A DNA stretch of 64,000 bases from Eledone cirrhosa (GCA_964016885.1 OZ024746.1:58342001-58406000), one strand, 5' to 3'; shown: positions 1 to 13,920, counted from the first letter of the stretch. The notes: generated by a model from the sequence alone, not told the origin. Program-made: numbers and translations.

Positions 1-107
1 CCTAGGTGGTTCAATGCAGGAGGGTGCAGAACAATAATATAAAAGACGTAAAATAAGAAAATATTTTTTAAAAATTTTAAAAAAATGTTTTACTTACTTA
101 AATTTTC

Positions 108-189
108 ACTCCAACTAATTAGTTTCTGCAATGGGATAAAGACAGTTACGTAATCCTACTGTCGAGAATTCATTGCGTCATTAGGGAGT
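108..189 (-). ncRNA. HHR with long stem II, core mutated (CTAATGA)
   Basis: ACTCC-CTAATGA-c-GCAATG...CATTGC-a-GAAA-CTAATTAG-TT-GGAGT; homologous to 54891-54972. Confidence 0.6.
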
Positions 190-299
190 CTATTCTCAGC
201 TGAGTCTCCATTGAACCACCTAGGTACTATGACATAACCTGTGTATTTGCTGGCATGGACGTGCATCTGTGCGCCTATGTTAGTTGATATATTAAATTA

Positions 300-361
<62 letters not shown>

Positions 362-367
362 TATTTA

Positions 368-1124
368 TCTCTTTTGAGATGAGTTTGAATTATTTTTCCT
401 ACATCTTACGTTAACTATTTTTCCCATCTTGACGACATAGTCGCATATATGTTATGGAATACTGTTAGCTTCTCTCTAAAACAATTTCTATACCTTTCAT
501 TTATATTTATACTCGGATTTTTTTCCTTGAGTGCTTAAATTATCTGTGACTAATCCCGGTTTTTTTAATAAAAACTGCGATAATATTGCTGTTTGCTGAA
601 CTCCTTTTGTAGAGTGTTTTTCGGAATGTATTTGACTGTTATTTCTTGTAAACAAACATTCATTTTCATCCTGACGTCACTAGCCCTGTTTTTCCTCATG
701 TGCGTTTTTCATAATCATGCATGATGGTGAACTAGCCAGTTTTAGAATTCCCTTTTTGGCTTATAATTCTGTGGAAGCCCTGGTTATCTGTTGAGCTCTG
801 CTGACGATTGAAATCCAACCGTGACGATCTCCACTGAAAGTTTTAATGAAATAGTCTTTAAGACTATACAGAGCATTTGATGTTTTTCCAAATTGAAGGA
901 TAAGTATTTTAAACTTTATTTTATCATGAGTTAAGGGTCTATTGATTTTTCCCTGGATTTCACTAAATTCTGTGGATGAATTTATATCCTGATTCTCTTT
1001 TGAGATGAGTTTGAATTATTTTTCCTACATCTTACGTTAACTATTTTTCCCATCTTGACGACATAGTCGCATATATGTTATGGAATACTGTTAGATCCTC
1101 GCTAAAACAATTTCTATACCTTTC

Positions 1125-1130
<6 letters not shown>
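368..1130. repeat. Element with direct terminal repeats of about 135 bp (368-505, 994-1130) between TA tracts
   Basis: TCTCTTTTGAGATGAG...CCTTTCATTTATAT repeated 626 bp apart. The repeat contains a degenerate HHR-like TTGACGA-CATA..TATG-GAAT motif. Confidence 0.75.
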
Positions 1131-1158
<28 letters not shown>

Positions 1159-1160
<2 letters not shown>

Positions 1161-1347
1161 CGAAGGAAATGTGGTAAGGAACCAGGTGGACCATAACGCA
1201 CCAAAGTACTCAATACTTGAGGTAGTAGAGTGGGTAATAGGAACCAGTAAGACGCCGACAGCTGAGCTCAAGCCGTTTCGACGGCTAATTCTGGACTGAA
1301 TTAGCCGTCGAAACGGCTTGAGCTCAGTTGTCGGGGTCTTACTGGTT

Positions 1348-1350
<3 letters not shown>
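1159..1350. mobile_element. Short fold-back element (ACGAAGGAAATGTGG family) in (TA)n
   Basis: Arms of about 55 bp (TAGGAACCAG...GCTAATTC and its reverse complement); nearly identical to 38063-38297. Confidence 0.85.
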
Positions 1351-1380
<30 letters not shown>

Positions 1381-1385
<5 letters not shown>

Positions 1386-2334
1386 TTGGAGCTCTGAAAT
1401 AGCAATATATATATGGATGTATATATAATGTATTTTGCAATACACTTTATGCTTAATTAAAAGCATTTTGAAGACCGTAAGCTATTGTTTTAAAGTAGTG
1501 ACAAATTCACTTACTTTGATCTCAGTAAACAGGGGAGATGAGCCGACAAGTCTTGTTTCGCTTTGGTTGAAGCTTATCAAGGCCAACTACCCCTCCTGTC
1601 CACCGAGATCTCTGATGTTATATTCTTATAAAAATCTAGTAAATAATCAGGAGCTGATTATGCAGAGCGGTTGTTGGTCAGGCAGAAATTAAAATTAGAA
1701 TTGGAGCTCTGAAATAGCAATATATATATATGGATGTATATATAATGTATTTTGCAATACACTTTATGCTTAATTAAAAGCATTTTGAAGACCGTAAGCT
1801 ATTATTTTAAAGTAGTGACAAATTCACTTACTTTGATCTCAGTAAACAGGGGAGCTAAGCCGACAAGTCTTGTTTCGCTTTGGTTGAAGCTTATCAAGGC
1901 CAACTACCCCTCCTGTTCACCGAGATCACTGATGTTATATTCTTATAGAAATCTAGTAAATAATCAAAATGCTTTTAATTAAGCATAAGTGTATTGCAAA
2001 ATACATTATATATACATCCATATATATATTGCTATTTCAGAGCTCCAATTCTAATTTTTAATTTCTGCCTGACCAACAACCGCTCTGCATAATCAGCTCC
2101 TGATTATTTACTAGATTTCTATAAGAATATAACATCAGTGATATCGGTGGACAGGAGGGGTAGTTGGCCTTGATAATCTTCATCCAAAGCGAAACAAGAC
2201 TTGTCGGCTTATCTCCCATGTTTACTGAGATCAAAGTTTAGTGAATTTGTCACTACTTTAAAACAATAGCTTACGGTCTTCAAAATGCTTTTAATTAAGC
2301 ATAACGTGTATTGCAAAATACATTATATATACAT

Positions 2335-2340
<6 letters not shown>
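1381..2340. mobile_element. Retrozyme-like element with a unit of about 315-317 bp: about 1.9 units plus about 1.2 inverted units; related to the 311-bp unit
   Basis: Direct repeat 1381/1696 and inversion at about 1966. Shares GCTCTGAAATAGC, CATTTTGAAGACC and GAGCGGTTG..GGTC.GGCAGAAATT with the 311-bp unit. (TA)n on both sides. Confidence 0.88.
1541..1584 (-). ncRNA. HHR, U3-A8 core variant (also 1858-1901 minus, 2166-2209 plus)
   Basis: GGCC-TTGATAA-GCTT-caacca-AAGC-GAAA-CAAGACTTG-TC-GGCT; GUC site. Confidence 0.75.
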
Positions 2341-2369
<29 letters not shown>

Positions 2370-2553
2370 TTATGTCTCATATAAAATAATACAACTGGCT
2401 ATCCGCAAAATACATATAGTTAGGACCCCAAACGTAAAATTGGGATTATACTAAGGTATATCCTAATGTTTGTTGAGTGAGATGGAAGCCAGTCAGATTA
2501 TAACTTGAAGCTTTAAGCTTTCTCTGTTAATATATTAAATATATACAGACATA

Positions 2554-2628
<75 letters not shown>

Positions 2629-2630
<2 letters not shown>

Positions 2631-3112
2631 AAGGCGGGTAAAATTCCCGAGATCCATGGATGAGTTCTCTCCAGCGGTCTCTGTCGCTCATTATCGCTGC
2701 CATGTCCTGCGTCTCCAACAGACCAGTGTCTCTCCTTAGGGCATCAACATACGTGAACCTTGGTCTTCCTCTTCTAGTGTGTCCATGTAGGGGCTCCCAA
2801 AGGAGCACTGAGTGCAATGTCAACTCTGGATGTCGGTGAGCATGTCCAGCTAACCTCAGACTCCTCTGTGTCACTTTTGAGCTGACTTTTGGGATGCTCC
2901 CATACAGCTCTGAGTAGTTCATCCTCAGTGTATACTGATTAATGTTCAGATCCAACCACAGCATTCTCGTGTAGCACACATCCACCATCTGAGTGAGTTT
3001 CTTGGTCAGTGTCCAAGTCTCAGACCCATACAGCAGCACAGACTCCACTACAGCAATGAAGAGGCGGATTTTCAGGTCTCTACGAAGGTCCGACTTCCAC
3101 ACCGATCTCAAG

Positions 3113-3113
<1 letters not shown>
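2629..3113 (-). mobile_element. 5'-truncated RTE-clade LINE (3' end of the ORF) in (TA)n
   Basis: [23 protein letters not shown]...RLAGH..R...RRGRPR..Y.D...DRDRWR, a typical RTE C-terminus. Confidence 0.88.
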
Positions 3114-3211
<98 letters not shown>

Positions 3212-3935
3212 TAGTAATAATAATAAATTTGAAGACTAAAATCCAAAGAGGGCTCGATAAGGATAAATATATATCAAATATTTATTAAAATAACAGATTA
3301 AATTTTAATCAGTTTCATTAAGTTTCCCATTCAGTGTGAAAGCAGCGATTCTTTGCTAAAACTTTAATCAGTATTTTAATAAATATATATATATGTACAA
3401 GTCCCCAATTAGTAAGCCTCCCGAGGAAATCTGTCTAACATAAATATAAGTGTGTTTCGCTGTAAAATATCTATCTATATTGGTACGTGCAGGGACATTT
3501 CTCATTTACATTTACTTTCTACCATTTTTTTCTTTTGAAACACCAAACAAGTGATGCTTGAAATTCAGTTTTATTCCTCTTCATATAGTTTACGTAGCGC
3601 AAGTACTATTGCAGAGGTTTTCAATTTAAAGATTTGGTTTTCTTTTTAAGGAAATAGTTCCAAGATCTCTGTGCCTGTGTCAAAACACTATTTGGTTCAA
3701 CAATGTAATTTCCTTTTTTCCAATCGAAGATACATGTAAATCGAGCACATATCCGTGTATGCACTAACATATATAAACATATACACAGACAAATTTATAG
3801 ATGTACATATGAACGCTTAGACACATGCATTGAAATATGAGGGCAAACCAACACGCCGTCCACGGCAATATTTTACCATATTATATGCAACCAACATATA
3901 CATATATATGTGTGAGTGGTGTGTGTGTGTATGTA

Positions 3936-3977
<42 letters not shown>

Positions 3978-4098
3978 TGTGTGTGTGTGTGTGTGCGTGT
4001 GTATGTGTGTGTGTGTGTCTGTGTGTGTTGGTTGCATATAATATAGTAAGATGTTGCCGTGGACGGCGTGGTGGTTTATATATATATATATGTATATA

Positions 4099-4199
<101 letters not shown>

Positions 4200-7143
4200 A
4201 ATATCCACATATATGTATGTATGTGTGATTGTGTGTAGATACGTATATATATATACGTATCTACACACAATCACACATACAAAAGGGATATATACATATA
4301 TCCCTTTGTGTGTATACATAGGTATGATGTGATTTTTTATACATACATACATACATACATACATACATACATACATACATACATACATACATACTTCTCT
4401 GAATATACAACTACGCGCACATGCTTAGTAAGAACATTCCATGTCTTTTAATAAAAAGCGAAACAGAAATACCTTGGTTTATTTCCAAAACCACTCATTA
4501 TGTTTGTTAAGGAAGGAAAGTCTTGGCATGACAAATTGAATAACATGTCTAATTCTTTATTGTCAATCCGATCCTTTAACCTCTCCTGTAGACTTTTCCC
4601 CCATTTTCTCCTACCCACCTCTCTCAGCTACTAATTCTGCTTCTTCTATTCCTGCTCTACCTATTTAGCTTTGTAGATATAGAAAGACATTTATGTATAT
4701 TTTTATGTTTATTAAATATTATAGTAAGGTCTTATTTACATTCAATTCTTTCTTCGATATTTGCTCTTGTCTTTCTCCTGTCTTTTCCATTCTCACTTTT
4801 TGAACCTCTGCTTTTCCTTCTCTTTCTTCGTCTTTCCACCCACTGTGTGTGTTTGCGTGTGCATCAGTTTGGAAAGTATTACTGGAGTCGTCAAACAATC
4901 AAATAAAATTATTTTCCATTCTCACTCTCTGAACCTCTGCTTCTTCTTCTCCTTCTCAATCCACTACACTCGCCCTCCTCTCCACCTAGTGCGTGTGTTT
5001 GTGTGTGTATGAGATTGTATGTGAATAAATTCCAAATTATTGCTGGAGTCGTCCAACTGTTGAATAGGAAACTTTGCCGTTCTTACTCTGTGCGTTCTGA
5101 TTTCAAATCCTTATTCACCTCATCGGCAAATTGATAATCCTTGTACCCGGAGTAATGAAGGAAATTTAATAGAAACAATACTGAATATCTGTATCTTGGA
5201 TCATCTTATCGATCTCGAGGAATCGTTGACGTAATTCAACCACCAAGGGTTTATTTGTAGGTTTATACCGAAATCTGATATATGCAACAAAAAAAGGGGG
5301 AATTAATACAACAGAATATAACACGCTTATATAGGCTTCTGATTCATATATACTTGGATTTTATTTCTTATTTTATATTACCTTTACTGATCTATATATT
5401 TACTTATTTATTTTAGTGGATGCACACAGTTTGGTGAGGAGTGAAAGCAAAGATACCACGAAGGGTTCAATGTTCTAAAATCTTTGGGATTCGCTGCAAT
5501 GAGGTATGTAATGAAGTTAAAATTTCAGCCAATTGCATCATGATATTTATTTACATATTTTTGGTACAGCAGTGGGCAATGAGAAGGTCAAATATTCCAT
5601 GTCGTCGTCTACAGTATAACGGGTTTACTGATCCCTGATCTATATGTTCTTAAAGCAAGCATTGTTCTAGAACAATCTGTTGATATATACTCTTAAGTAT
5701 AGAAGTATACTCTTATATATATATATATAATCATGAGTTTATCAGACAAAATTTATTAATCTTTTGTTTTTTTCTTAGTCCGTAGAAATTACCTAGATAA
5801 ATAACCATTTAAACGGAGCTAAGTTTAAAATGTAACTTTGAAGAAATAGCAGATAAATGTTATCGATATTCCTTTATGAGGAACAGTCAGATAACATTTA
5901 CTTAATCTTTCTCTTTACTCTGTAGAAATTAACTGGACACATAATCATTTAAACGGAGCTAAGTTTAAAATGTAATTTAAAAGAAAAAAATAGATAAACG
6001 TTACCAAAAATTCTCCCGGTCCCGTATGTATGTATATGCACGTGTGTGAGGGTGGTTCGGGATTTTTTTTCTATTTGTGTAAAGTATGATGGAGTTAGTT
6101 AGTAGTAAATGTAATCCCGATTTTAAAAGAGGTAGCAGTGTATGTTTAGAAATAGTTTCTTGTGTTATTTCGAATATCAAGCTGCTATGTAATATAGCCT
6201 CTCTCAGGAATACTTTTATAATGCTGATTTGACAGGCAATTATGTTTCTGGAGAACGGATACAATATTCTGCTGAAATCTTGCTTGCAGATAGCGCAAGT
6301 ATACAATGGATAGTAAAATAGCGTGTTTTAATCTACATACCTGCGGACTGTGATCTTAATCATATGCAAAAAGAGGAAGGGTGAGAGAATCTAGGGAGAT
6401 ATAGCAGAGATATACACGCACCTATAAACATATATATCCACCTACGTTTATATGTGTTCATGTATTTGTAGATTTACATATATGGAGGTCTAGGTCTAAT
6501 AAATATACTGACGGCATTTCATTCAGTTAGTGAGAATAGCTTTACGCTACAGATACATGGTTGACAAGAATAGTTATCACGTCATCCAGTAAGTTAATTG
6601 GTGTAAGCAACAGTTTCAAGATAACATCATTTCGTCTGAGTTATCACGTCGGATAGAATGTTTTACGTACACGTTCCGATATGTTTTTGAGTTCAAATAA
6701 TGTCCAAGTCATTTTTCCTTTCATCAGTTCGTGGTTGATAAATAAAGTACTACTGAAATTCTGGGTTCAATCTTACTTCTGTCTTTCTGTCTCATGATTT
6801 CTGATTAAAAGAAAGCATTTATCTACTGCCCTAAAGAGTTTAGCTAAGTTTAATATATCGAAAATACATTGTATGTCACACCCACCCACCTAAGGCTCCA
6901 TCTTGAGTTCAGCAACCCTATTCTCTTGTGAATCCATACCTTCCAATATAATGGATTGTCCATTTATCAATCTAATAAATTGGGTACACAGAATTCTTCA
7001 TATGAGAACGTTTTTTATCTTGCCAACTTTCAGTAGCCACCGCAACTCCCACAAATCTCAATTTTCAACTTTGAGCTGTCCAAATGTATTCGTCATAAAC
7101 GTAAGAACACTACAGCAAGAAGAACACCATTAATAAAAATAGC

Positions 7144-7183
<40 letters not shown>

Positions 7184-8274
7184 GTAATAGTAATAAAAAT
7201 CTTCGTAAGATATACAAAAAATATCGTCTTAGTTATAAATCTTGAGGTTGAATATCTCGCGACTTCTAACCTCGGTTATATTTTCTAAAATTGTACATTG
7301 TTTTCAAATTGCCTTTGTCACATTCACTGATTTCAGACTATAATATCTGTTGGTAACTTAATGCTAGGCTCCTTCAACCAAAACTAAAAATAACTAATAC
7401 CAATTTACTTTTTAGAAAGCTTTGCTTTACAATAAATTCTATTAATGGTGATATTTACGACGATAACAACTTCCTTTGTGAAATCTCATTACATTTCTTG
7501 CGTACTGATACAATCTTTCTTTTCTGACTTGGTATTTGCATTAATGCTATTTTTGTCTGCAGTTTATCACATACATAGTCAACAAACATCATTTTCTTCG
7601 CTCTTTCTTTTATCTCCCATAAAATTCTGCCGTTATCTGTTTGGGGGATCAAAAGATTATATACAAAAACATTAAAAATGAAATATAATCGAAGAAAACA
7701 ATTAAAAGAAAAACATTGCCTTTTCTCACACAAAGTACTCAACGTTCGAGGCTAGATTATATATTCATAGCGGTATATAACAATTATGGTGTTCATTTAT
7801 TAGTGAAACGCCAAGATGAAGGTCAGGGAATCATACAACGCTCTCGGTGAAATATTTTCCAGGGTAGTTGGGAGGTAATTATTTTATGTCTAAATGTGGG
7901 ATACTTATAATTTCGCCTCTCAACTTCCGCAATGAAAACAAAATTAGTCTTTTTATTTCGTCTTTAAATAGAGAAACTATGTTTGATACAAAAAAAAGGA
8001 CAAACGTTACCATGAATCTAAATTGTAAACGGGAAATGTGATAGCGATCAAAAATAACACACTGTACCAGACCAGACATTGATTCCTTACTTAAGTTTAT
8101 TTTTTTGCTGTTGTTTTTTAGTTTTTTGGGTTTTTTTTTGTAATGTTTCATTTCATCTAGGAAAGATGCAGGGCCAATCGACGTTACAGGCCCACCCTCT
8201 ATCTATGATCTTGCTTTGTCAAATTAGTGAAGTAGTTATAAGTTGCTCCACAAAATATATAATAAATTACACGC

Positions 8275-8360
<86 letters not shown>

Positions 8361-9150
8361 GAAGTTGTATTTAGAGATAAGAAGATAGTTAATTTGATGT
8401 ATAGCTTATAGGTAGATAAACACACATATATACGTATATATATATTTACTATAAAGTGTAAATATAATATATATATATATATATATATGGGTGTGTGTGT
8501 AATATGATATTGTACCAGTTTTCAACTCGTAAGTCCATTCTTCAGTAGAATACTCGATACTTGGGATAGTAAAGTATAAATATATTAGAGAGATGGGACC
8601 AGACTCTGTCTGGAATTGATATCAAAACGCCAAGCGCTTACCCATCGGGCCCTGACTCTAATAAATATATGGGTTTTTTTTCGTTTTGCCTTGTTTTGTT
8701 CGTTGTCTTGTTAATTTTCCTAAGTTTATCAGTACCAAACTGTGACGAAAGTTTTCTCTTTTACGCCCCCCCCCCCCCCACATTCATTTCAATGGCTTAC
8801 ATTTTTACACGTTATCTTATTTTATTCTTGTTTTGCTTCTTGCTCTTCTTTATTGTTCCTGTTTCTTTGTTTCACTCATGTTCTGTGCTATAAATGCACA
8901 CTGCCTCTTGTTTTTCCTTCTTTTCATTTTCTGTTTGTTTCGTGTGACTCGTGTTTCATGAGACTCTCGTGCTATAAACATAATATATTCTCCCTGACGT
9001 CACATAAATTGTATGTATACATGTTATAGTTTAACTGCTACGAATTATTGTTTTGTCTAGTCTATTATTCCACGGACAGCATTTAGGCTTGTGTTAAACG
9101 CCGTGGCCCCGGTTGGACCAGTAGTAGGGTTGATAGGTGTTGAAACTGCC

Positions 9151-9768
9151 AAAGTCCATCTCAACGGCCGGTGATGCTGGTGTATTTGTCTTTCGTTTAT
9201 ATTTTAGCTAAATCATTTTTTAATGTGTCCCCTTATCTTTTTGTTATCGTTTATTGCCTTGTCCAATCTTTGTTAATTTTCCCATATATATATATATATG
9301 AAGGAACGATCGACTTTCGTCAAATCAGACCGAGGAAACAATGTTGCCATTGGTCTTTCCAATTGCTAATACTATCTATCGGTCGCAACTACAGGTAGAA
9401 GGAGCAGCGTGAAATAAAGTGTCTTGCTCAAGGACACAACGCATCGCCCGGTCTGGGAATCGAACTCACAACCTCACGATTGCGAATCCATGAGCAAGAC
9501 ACTTTATTTCACGTTGCTCCTTCTACCTGTAGTTGTGACAGATAGATAGTATTAGCAATTGCAAAGACCAATGGCAACATTGTTTCCTCTGTCTGATTTG
9601 ACGAAAGTCGATCGTTCCTTCATATATATATATATGGGAAAATTAACAAAGATTGGACAAGGCAATAAACGATAACAAAAAGATAAGGGGAAATATTAAA
9701 AAAGGATTTAACTAAAATATAAACGAAAGACAAAGAACACCAGCATCACCGGCCGTTGAGATGGACTT
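9151..9768. repeat. Inverted repeat with arms of about 280 bp and a spacer of about 60 bp
   Basis: 9151-9431 is mirrored by 9491-9768; the centre lies within a SINE head. Confidence 0.92.
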
Positions 9769-10139
9769 TATGGTGGTGGAGTGTATGCATGCATGTGTGT
9801 CTTTACATATATATATATATAGAGAGAGATAGATATAGATATATGCATGTATCTATCTATCTATGTAAATATGTATAAATTTATATATGTATGCATGCAT
9901 GTAAGTATGTATGTATGCCTGTATCTATGTATATATGCATGTTATATATATGTACGTATGTAAGTTTATAACGGAAAACCGCCTTCTTTAGTGACACCAA
10001 TAACAAGATGTAATACAAAGTTAGGGAGTAACATATTTCAAAACTTCCGACTTGCAATAATCCCTTCTTTTTACATTTTGTCATCCAACACACACCAATA
10101 TTCCACATAACTTAACTAATCGAATTTGCATAGTAGTCT

Positions 10140-10720
10140 GTAACCCAGCAACAAGAGATGGGCTTCACGAGATGAAACAAATCCGGATCACATGAAAATA
10201 TCCTGAGAACTAAAAAGGCAACACAAATTTCTGAGAAATAAAATCAAAAAGAAAATTCCAAGAAATAAAAACAGAAAGAAAATTCCTACCATATATTTTG
10301 ACATTTAATCAAATGAACAGAGAAATATATGCACTCCTATTGATAAACCTGCATATCCTATTAAAGCACTGAAAATGAAAATCTCTTATAAATATACCCA
10401 ACTGTAAAAAGAAAACGAGAGCCAAATTTACTAACTAATACAAACCTTCAAAGCTGCAAACGATAATTAAAGTGAAAAGATGCGGAGTATGCAGCTATCT
10501 ATTAAAACTACACAAATGTCACTGAGTTACACACAAATTAATTTTTAATTTTAAAAAGGGCTTCAGGAGAATTTAATGTATCATATATATTGTAAAGTTT
10601 GCTATGGACATTACATTGGAGAAACATGCCTAATATTCCGACAAACGATGGCAGTTAACCGTCAACAAATTAGTGATATGTACACCAGAAAGATCCATCT
10701 CAGACAACATGCAAAGGATT
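10140..10720 (+). pseudogene. Degraded PLE fragment (linker and GIY-YIG region)
   Basis: 10576-10626 translates MYHIYCKVCYGHYIGET, with KRCGVCSYL upstream; many stops and frameshifts. Confidence 0.55.
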
Positions 10721-11762
10721 GTGTAGTATGAAGGTTACCAAACTTTGATGATTTCCTTTTCTATCAATGCAGCCATTCAGCATGTGAGTAAAATGCGTTA
10801 GCAAGGAAATGTTTGTAATAAAGATGTTTAAATCAAAGCTTAATTCAAACGAGCATTGCATTCCTTTTCTAGGATTGAATTTTCCTCGACATAAGCAACA
10901 GACATGCACCCAGTTGCCTCCCATGATTTAGCAAAAACACTCGCGAATATCATGAATATCACGTACAAACAAAAATAAAACTTTAGAAACCCTACATTAT
11001 ATAACCACAACTATTTCACTGGAATATACTTTCCAGGCAAAACCTACTGGCAGTAAACCTACTGGTAGACACCGAACAAGAGAGCTACACAACATTCATG
11101 ATCTCAGCTGGTCTCACTTAGAAATCCACTCGGATAAACTGCTACCACGAAAATCCCAGAAGATTATGATGACTATTTCTGAATATCTACCTCTATCATT
11201 AAAAAACTGTTATCTATTTATATGTATTTTCATTTTGGAGTTAATTTATGTCATTTAATGGTGTGAACTGTGGGATTTGGATGTATATATAGAGAACATA
11301 GACTGCAACTTCAATTTTCTATTATTGTTTTCCATCTCCCGTCCCTTGCCTCTTTTTGCCTACTCTGGCCGAGGTTGGACTTATTTTTCTTTGCTCTACC
11401 CAAAATAAACCGTCAACAAAAACCTCGGACTTATTTTCTTGACCTCTCTCCCTCTCTCTCTTTCTCCTGGTTACTTATATAGATCCATGTGCTTCTAGTG
11501 ATCCCCTCTTTTTCGGTTTGTTCTCTGCATTTTTGTTTTCTTTTTTCCAGCCTGTTTAATTTTTTTTTCACTCTCCTTTTTACTCCAATAACTTCCACAA
11601 GATATTGACGCACTAATGTTAGACATATTGTCTTTAATGCGTTGAAATTTTCGTGGTCTCCAGCAGACAATTGAAGAAGGAATTGTCCCCCGTTTTTGCT
11701 TTCCTTTTATTTTTAAATGCACGTTATCCAGTAACCACTCAGCTCCCTGTTCCAAATGTTTA

Positions 11763-11793
<31 letters not shown>

Positions 11794-13920
11794 GTGTGTG
11801 TGTGTGGAAGGGGATATGTGTGTGTGTATGTGGATGTTTGTAAATAAATGTCTAGGAAATATTTACGCTTATTTACTCTACAAAAATGAGTCACATGTGT
11901 GAAGAATTTATGTATGGAATTATTGTAACTTTGACTATAATATGTAATAGAATTAGATTATATGGCAATCGTGTCCCCGAGGAAGGAGTTCACTCTAACA
12001 ATTTTATTTAATTAACATTTATTTATTTCTATCAGAAAATTCGTAAATACGCATTACATCTCTCTCCCTCTCACAATATATATATATATATATATGTATA
12101 TATATTTATGGGACGTGGAGACAGGAACTGAATGGTACCATTCTACTGTGCAAAGATGTGGAATTGCTTTTTCTAATAACCAACTTTTCACTACCTTATC
12201 ATTGTGTGTTTGAGACACGTTGACTGAAAACCTTTGGCCGGAAATATTTATGTTTTCTAATCTCCTGCCACTACGTAAATTTGTAAATCGGTGGCTGATA
12301 GGGAGACGGAGTTGTATTAGATTCCAGTTGCTAATCACTTTACTATGTCGGCCGTCACATACAGTTATAGCCGGCATGGACTGGTGTTGAGCTCTGTCGA
12401 TAGATTAGTTATTGATTAGGCATCATCATCATCATATCTTGTCGCGCCAGTGCCGTATCCATTGAAGTGCAGCGTCGTTTGCTTCCATCAGTTCTTGGTG
12501 GCATGTAATGTACCTTCCCGTGGTGCCCCTGTTAATCCGAAAGGAGACCGAACATTACAACACGCGCAACGCTGTACCCAACACCTAGGGTTGGTAAAAG
12601 GGTAAACCCTTGGCCCCTAGACGTGAAGAAGCAAAATAAAAATTGATTTGGCGATACCTGCTGATGAACCCACATGCGCCGATTATACATTGTTGAATAA
12701 TAAATGCAGACAGAGAGTGCGGTGCACCCTATTGCTGCATTAAGTGTGGCCAAACCTCGAGTCCAGGAACTAATATAAACACCCGTTTACGTGTGTTTTA
12801 TTGAAGCGAATAACTATGAGTATACACTGGAATGTATTCTGCATTATCTATTGAGTACGCTGAAATTCAAGTGGTCCTGGCATTGTTAAATACGCCGGGT
12901 CCGTCAACTTCTAATTATTATATAAGTTTATCCCGGGTTCAACTTGGAGTAACCACGGTAAGTAGGGTATTCAATACATAGAGTATAAATATTTAGTATG
13001 GAAATGGCTTCTACAGGACTAGAACTGTTTCATTCGGGAAAAAATCATCATATATATATGTGTGTGTGCACGTATGTGTGTATGTGTACGTAAGTGTGTG
13101 TGTGTGTGTGTGTGTGATAGAGAGTTAACTACTGTGCAGATAGCAGCAGACAGATCGTCTTAGCAATTGAAATAGCAATGGAAACATAGTTTCCTTGGTC
13201 CAATCTGACGATTGCTTTCTTTCTTCACCTTGCTTTTCATTGACAACATGCTTTATTATAATGACGATTCCTTTCGCGTCTCTCTGCGTGACTTGTGCCG
13301 TTCAAACTACTATTGATATTACAGCCTGCTTATCGCAAAATCGTGACTATGCGATCCCTTAAATTGAAAGCGATAATATAATTGCTGGACTGAAACATAA
13401 GTAGTGTATATGATATGGTCGTCTAAATCGGGGAAAGCCAGTACAATATATTTATTCCTTTCATATCTCACCGAAAGATATGAACTACGAATAGCAACGT
13501 CAAATCGTAGCGACTCCATAAATAAAGAGCGATATAACTAGAATGAAATGTGTACTGAGTTTGATAGACTCGTCTAAATTACTTTGTTGTGTTTGTTACA
13601 TCTCTTCAGATCATATATTCATATCCCAACCGATTCGACTTCGGATTGCGAGATCGGTAAATCACTACTAATATGCCTCAATCTATTCTACTTTCCCCAA
13701 CTCTCAAACTGTTGACCTTGTGACTAAATTAGAAACATTTACACACCTATGAACTCTCCGAGTTGGACGGGGAAATATCTCACCCCATTGGGCTGGTGAG
13801 TGTTGTGAAAATGGGTATAGCTTTGTGAAAATAGCTTTCATCGTGTAACATCTCCCCATTTTGTTTCCCCGTGTGGGTTTTTAGAGGTTGTCATGTCTGC
13901 GTTTAGGAGGTATAATGACG

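Noticed and set aside
1435-1982. Duplicated 85-aa and 76-aa ORFs
   Set aside because: TTG starts, antisense to the HHR, within a non-coding repeat; not conserved in the related 311-bp unit.
5783-6003. Diverged direct duplications (140-bp spacing here; also about 4770-5060 and 22690/23260)
   Set aside because: Ordinary old local duplications without further structure.
12880-12990. Possible Helitron 3' hairpin
   Set aside because: No clear CTRR terminus or convincing hairpin.
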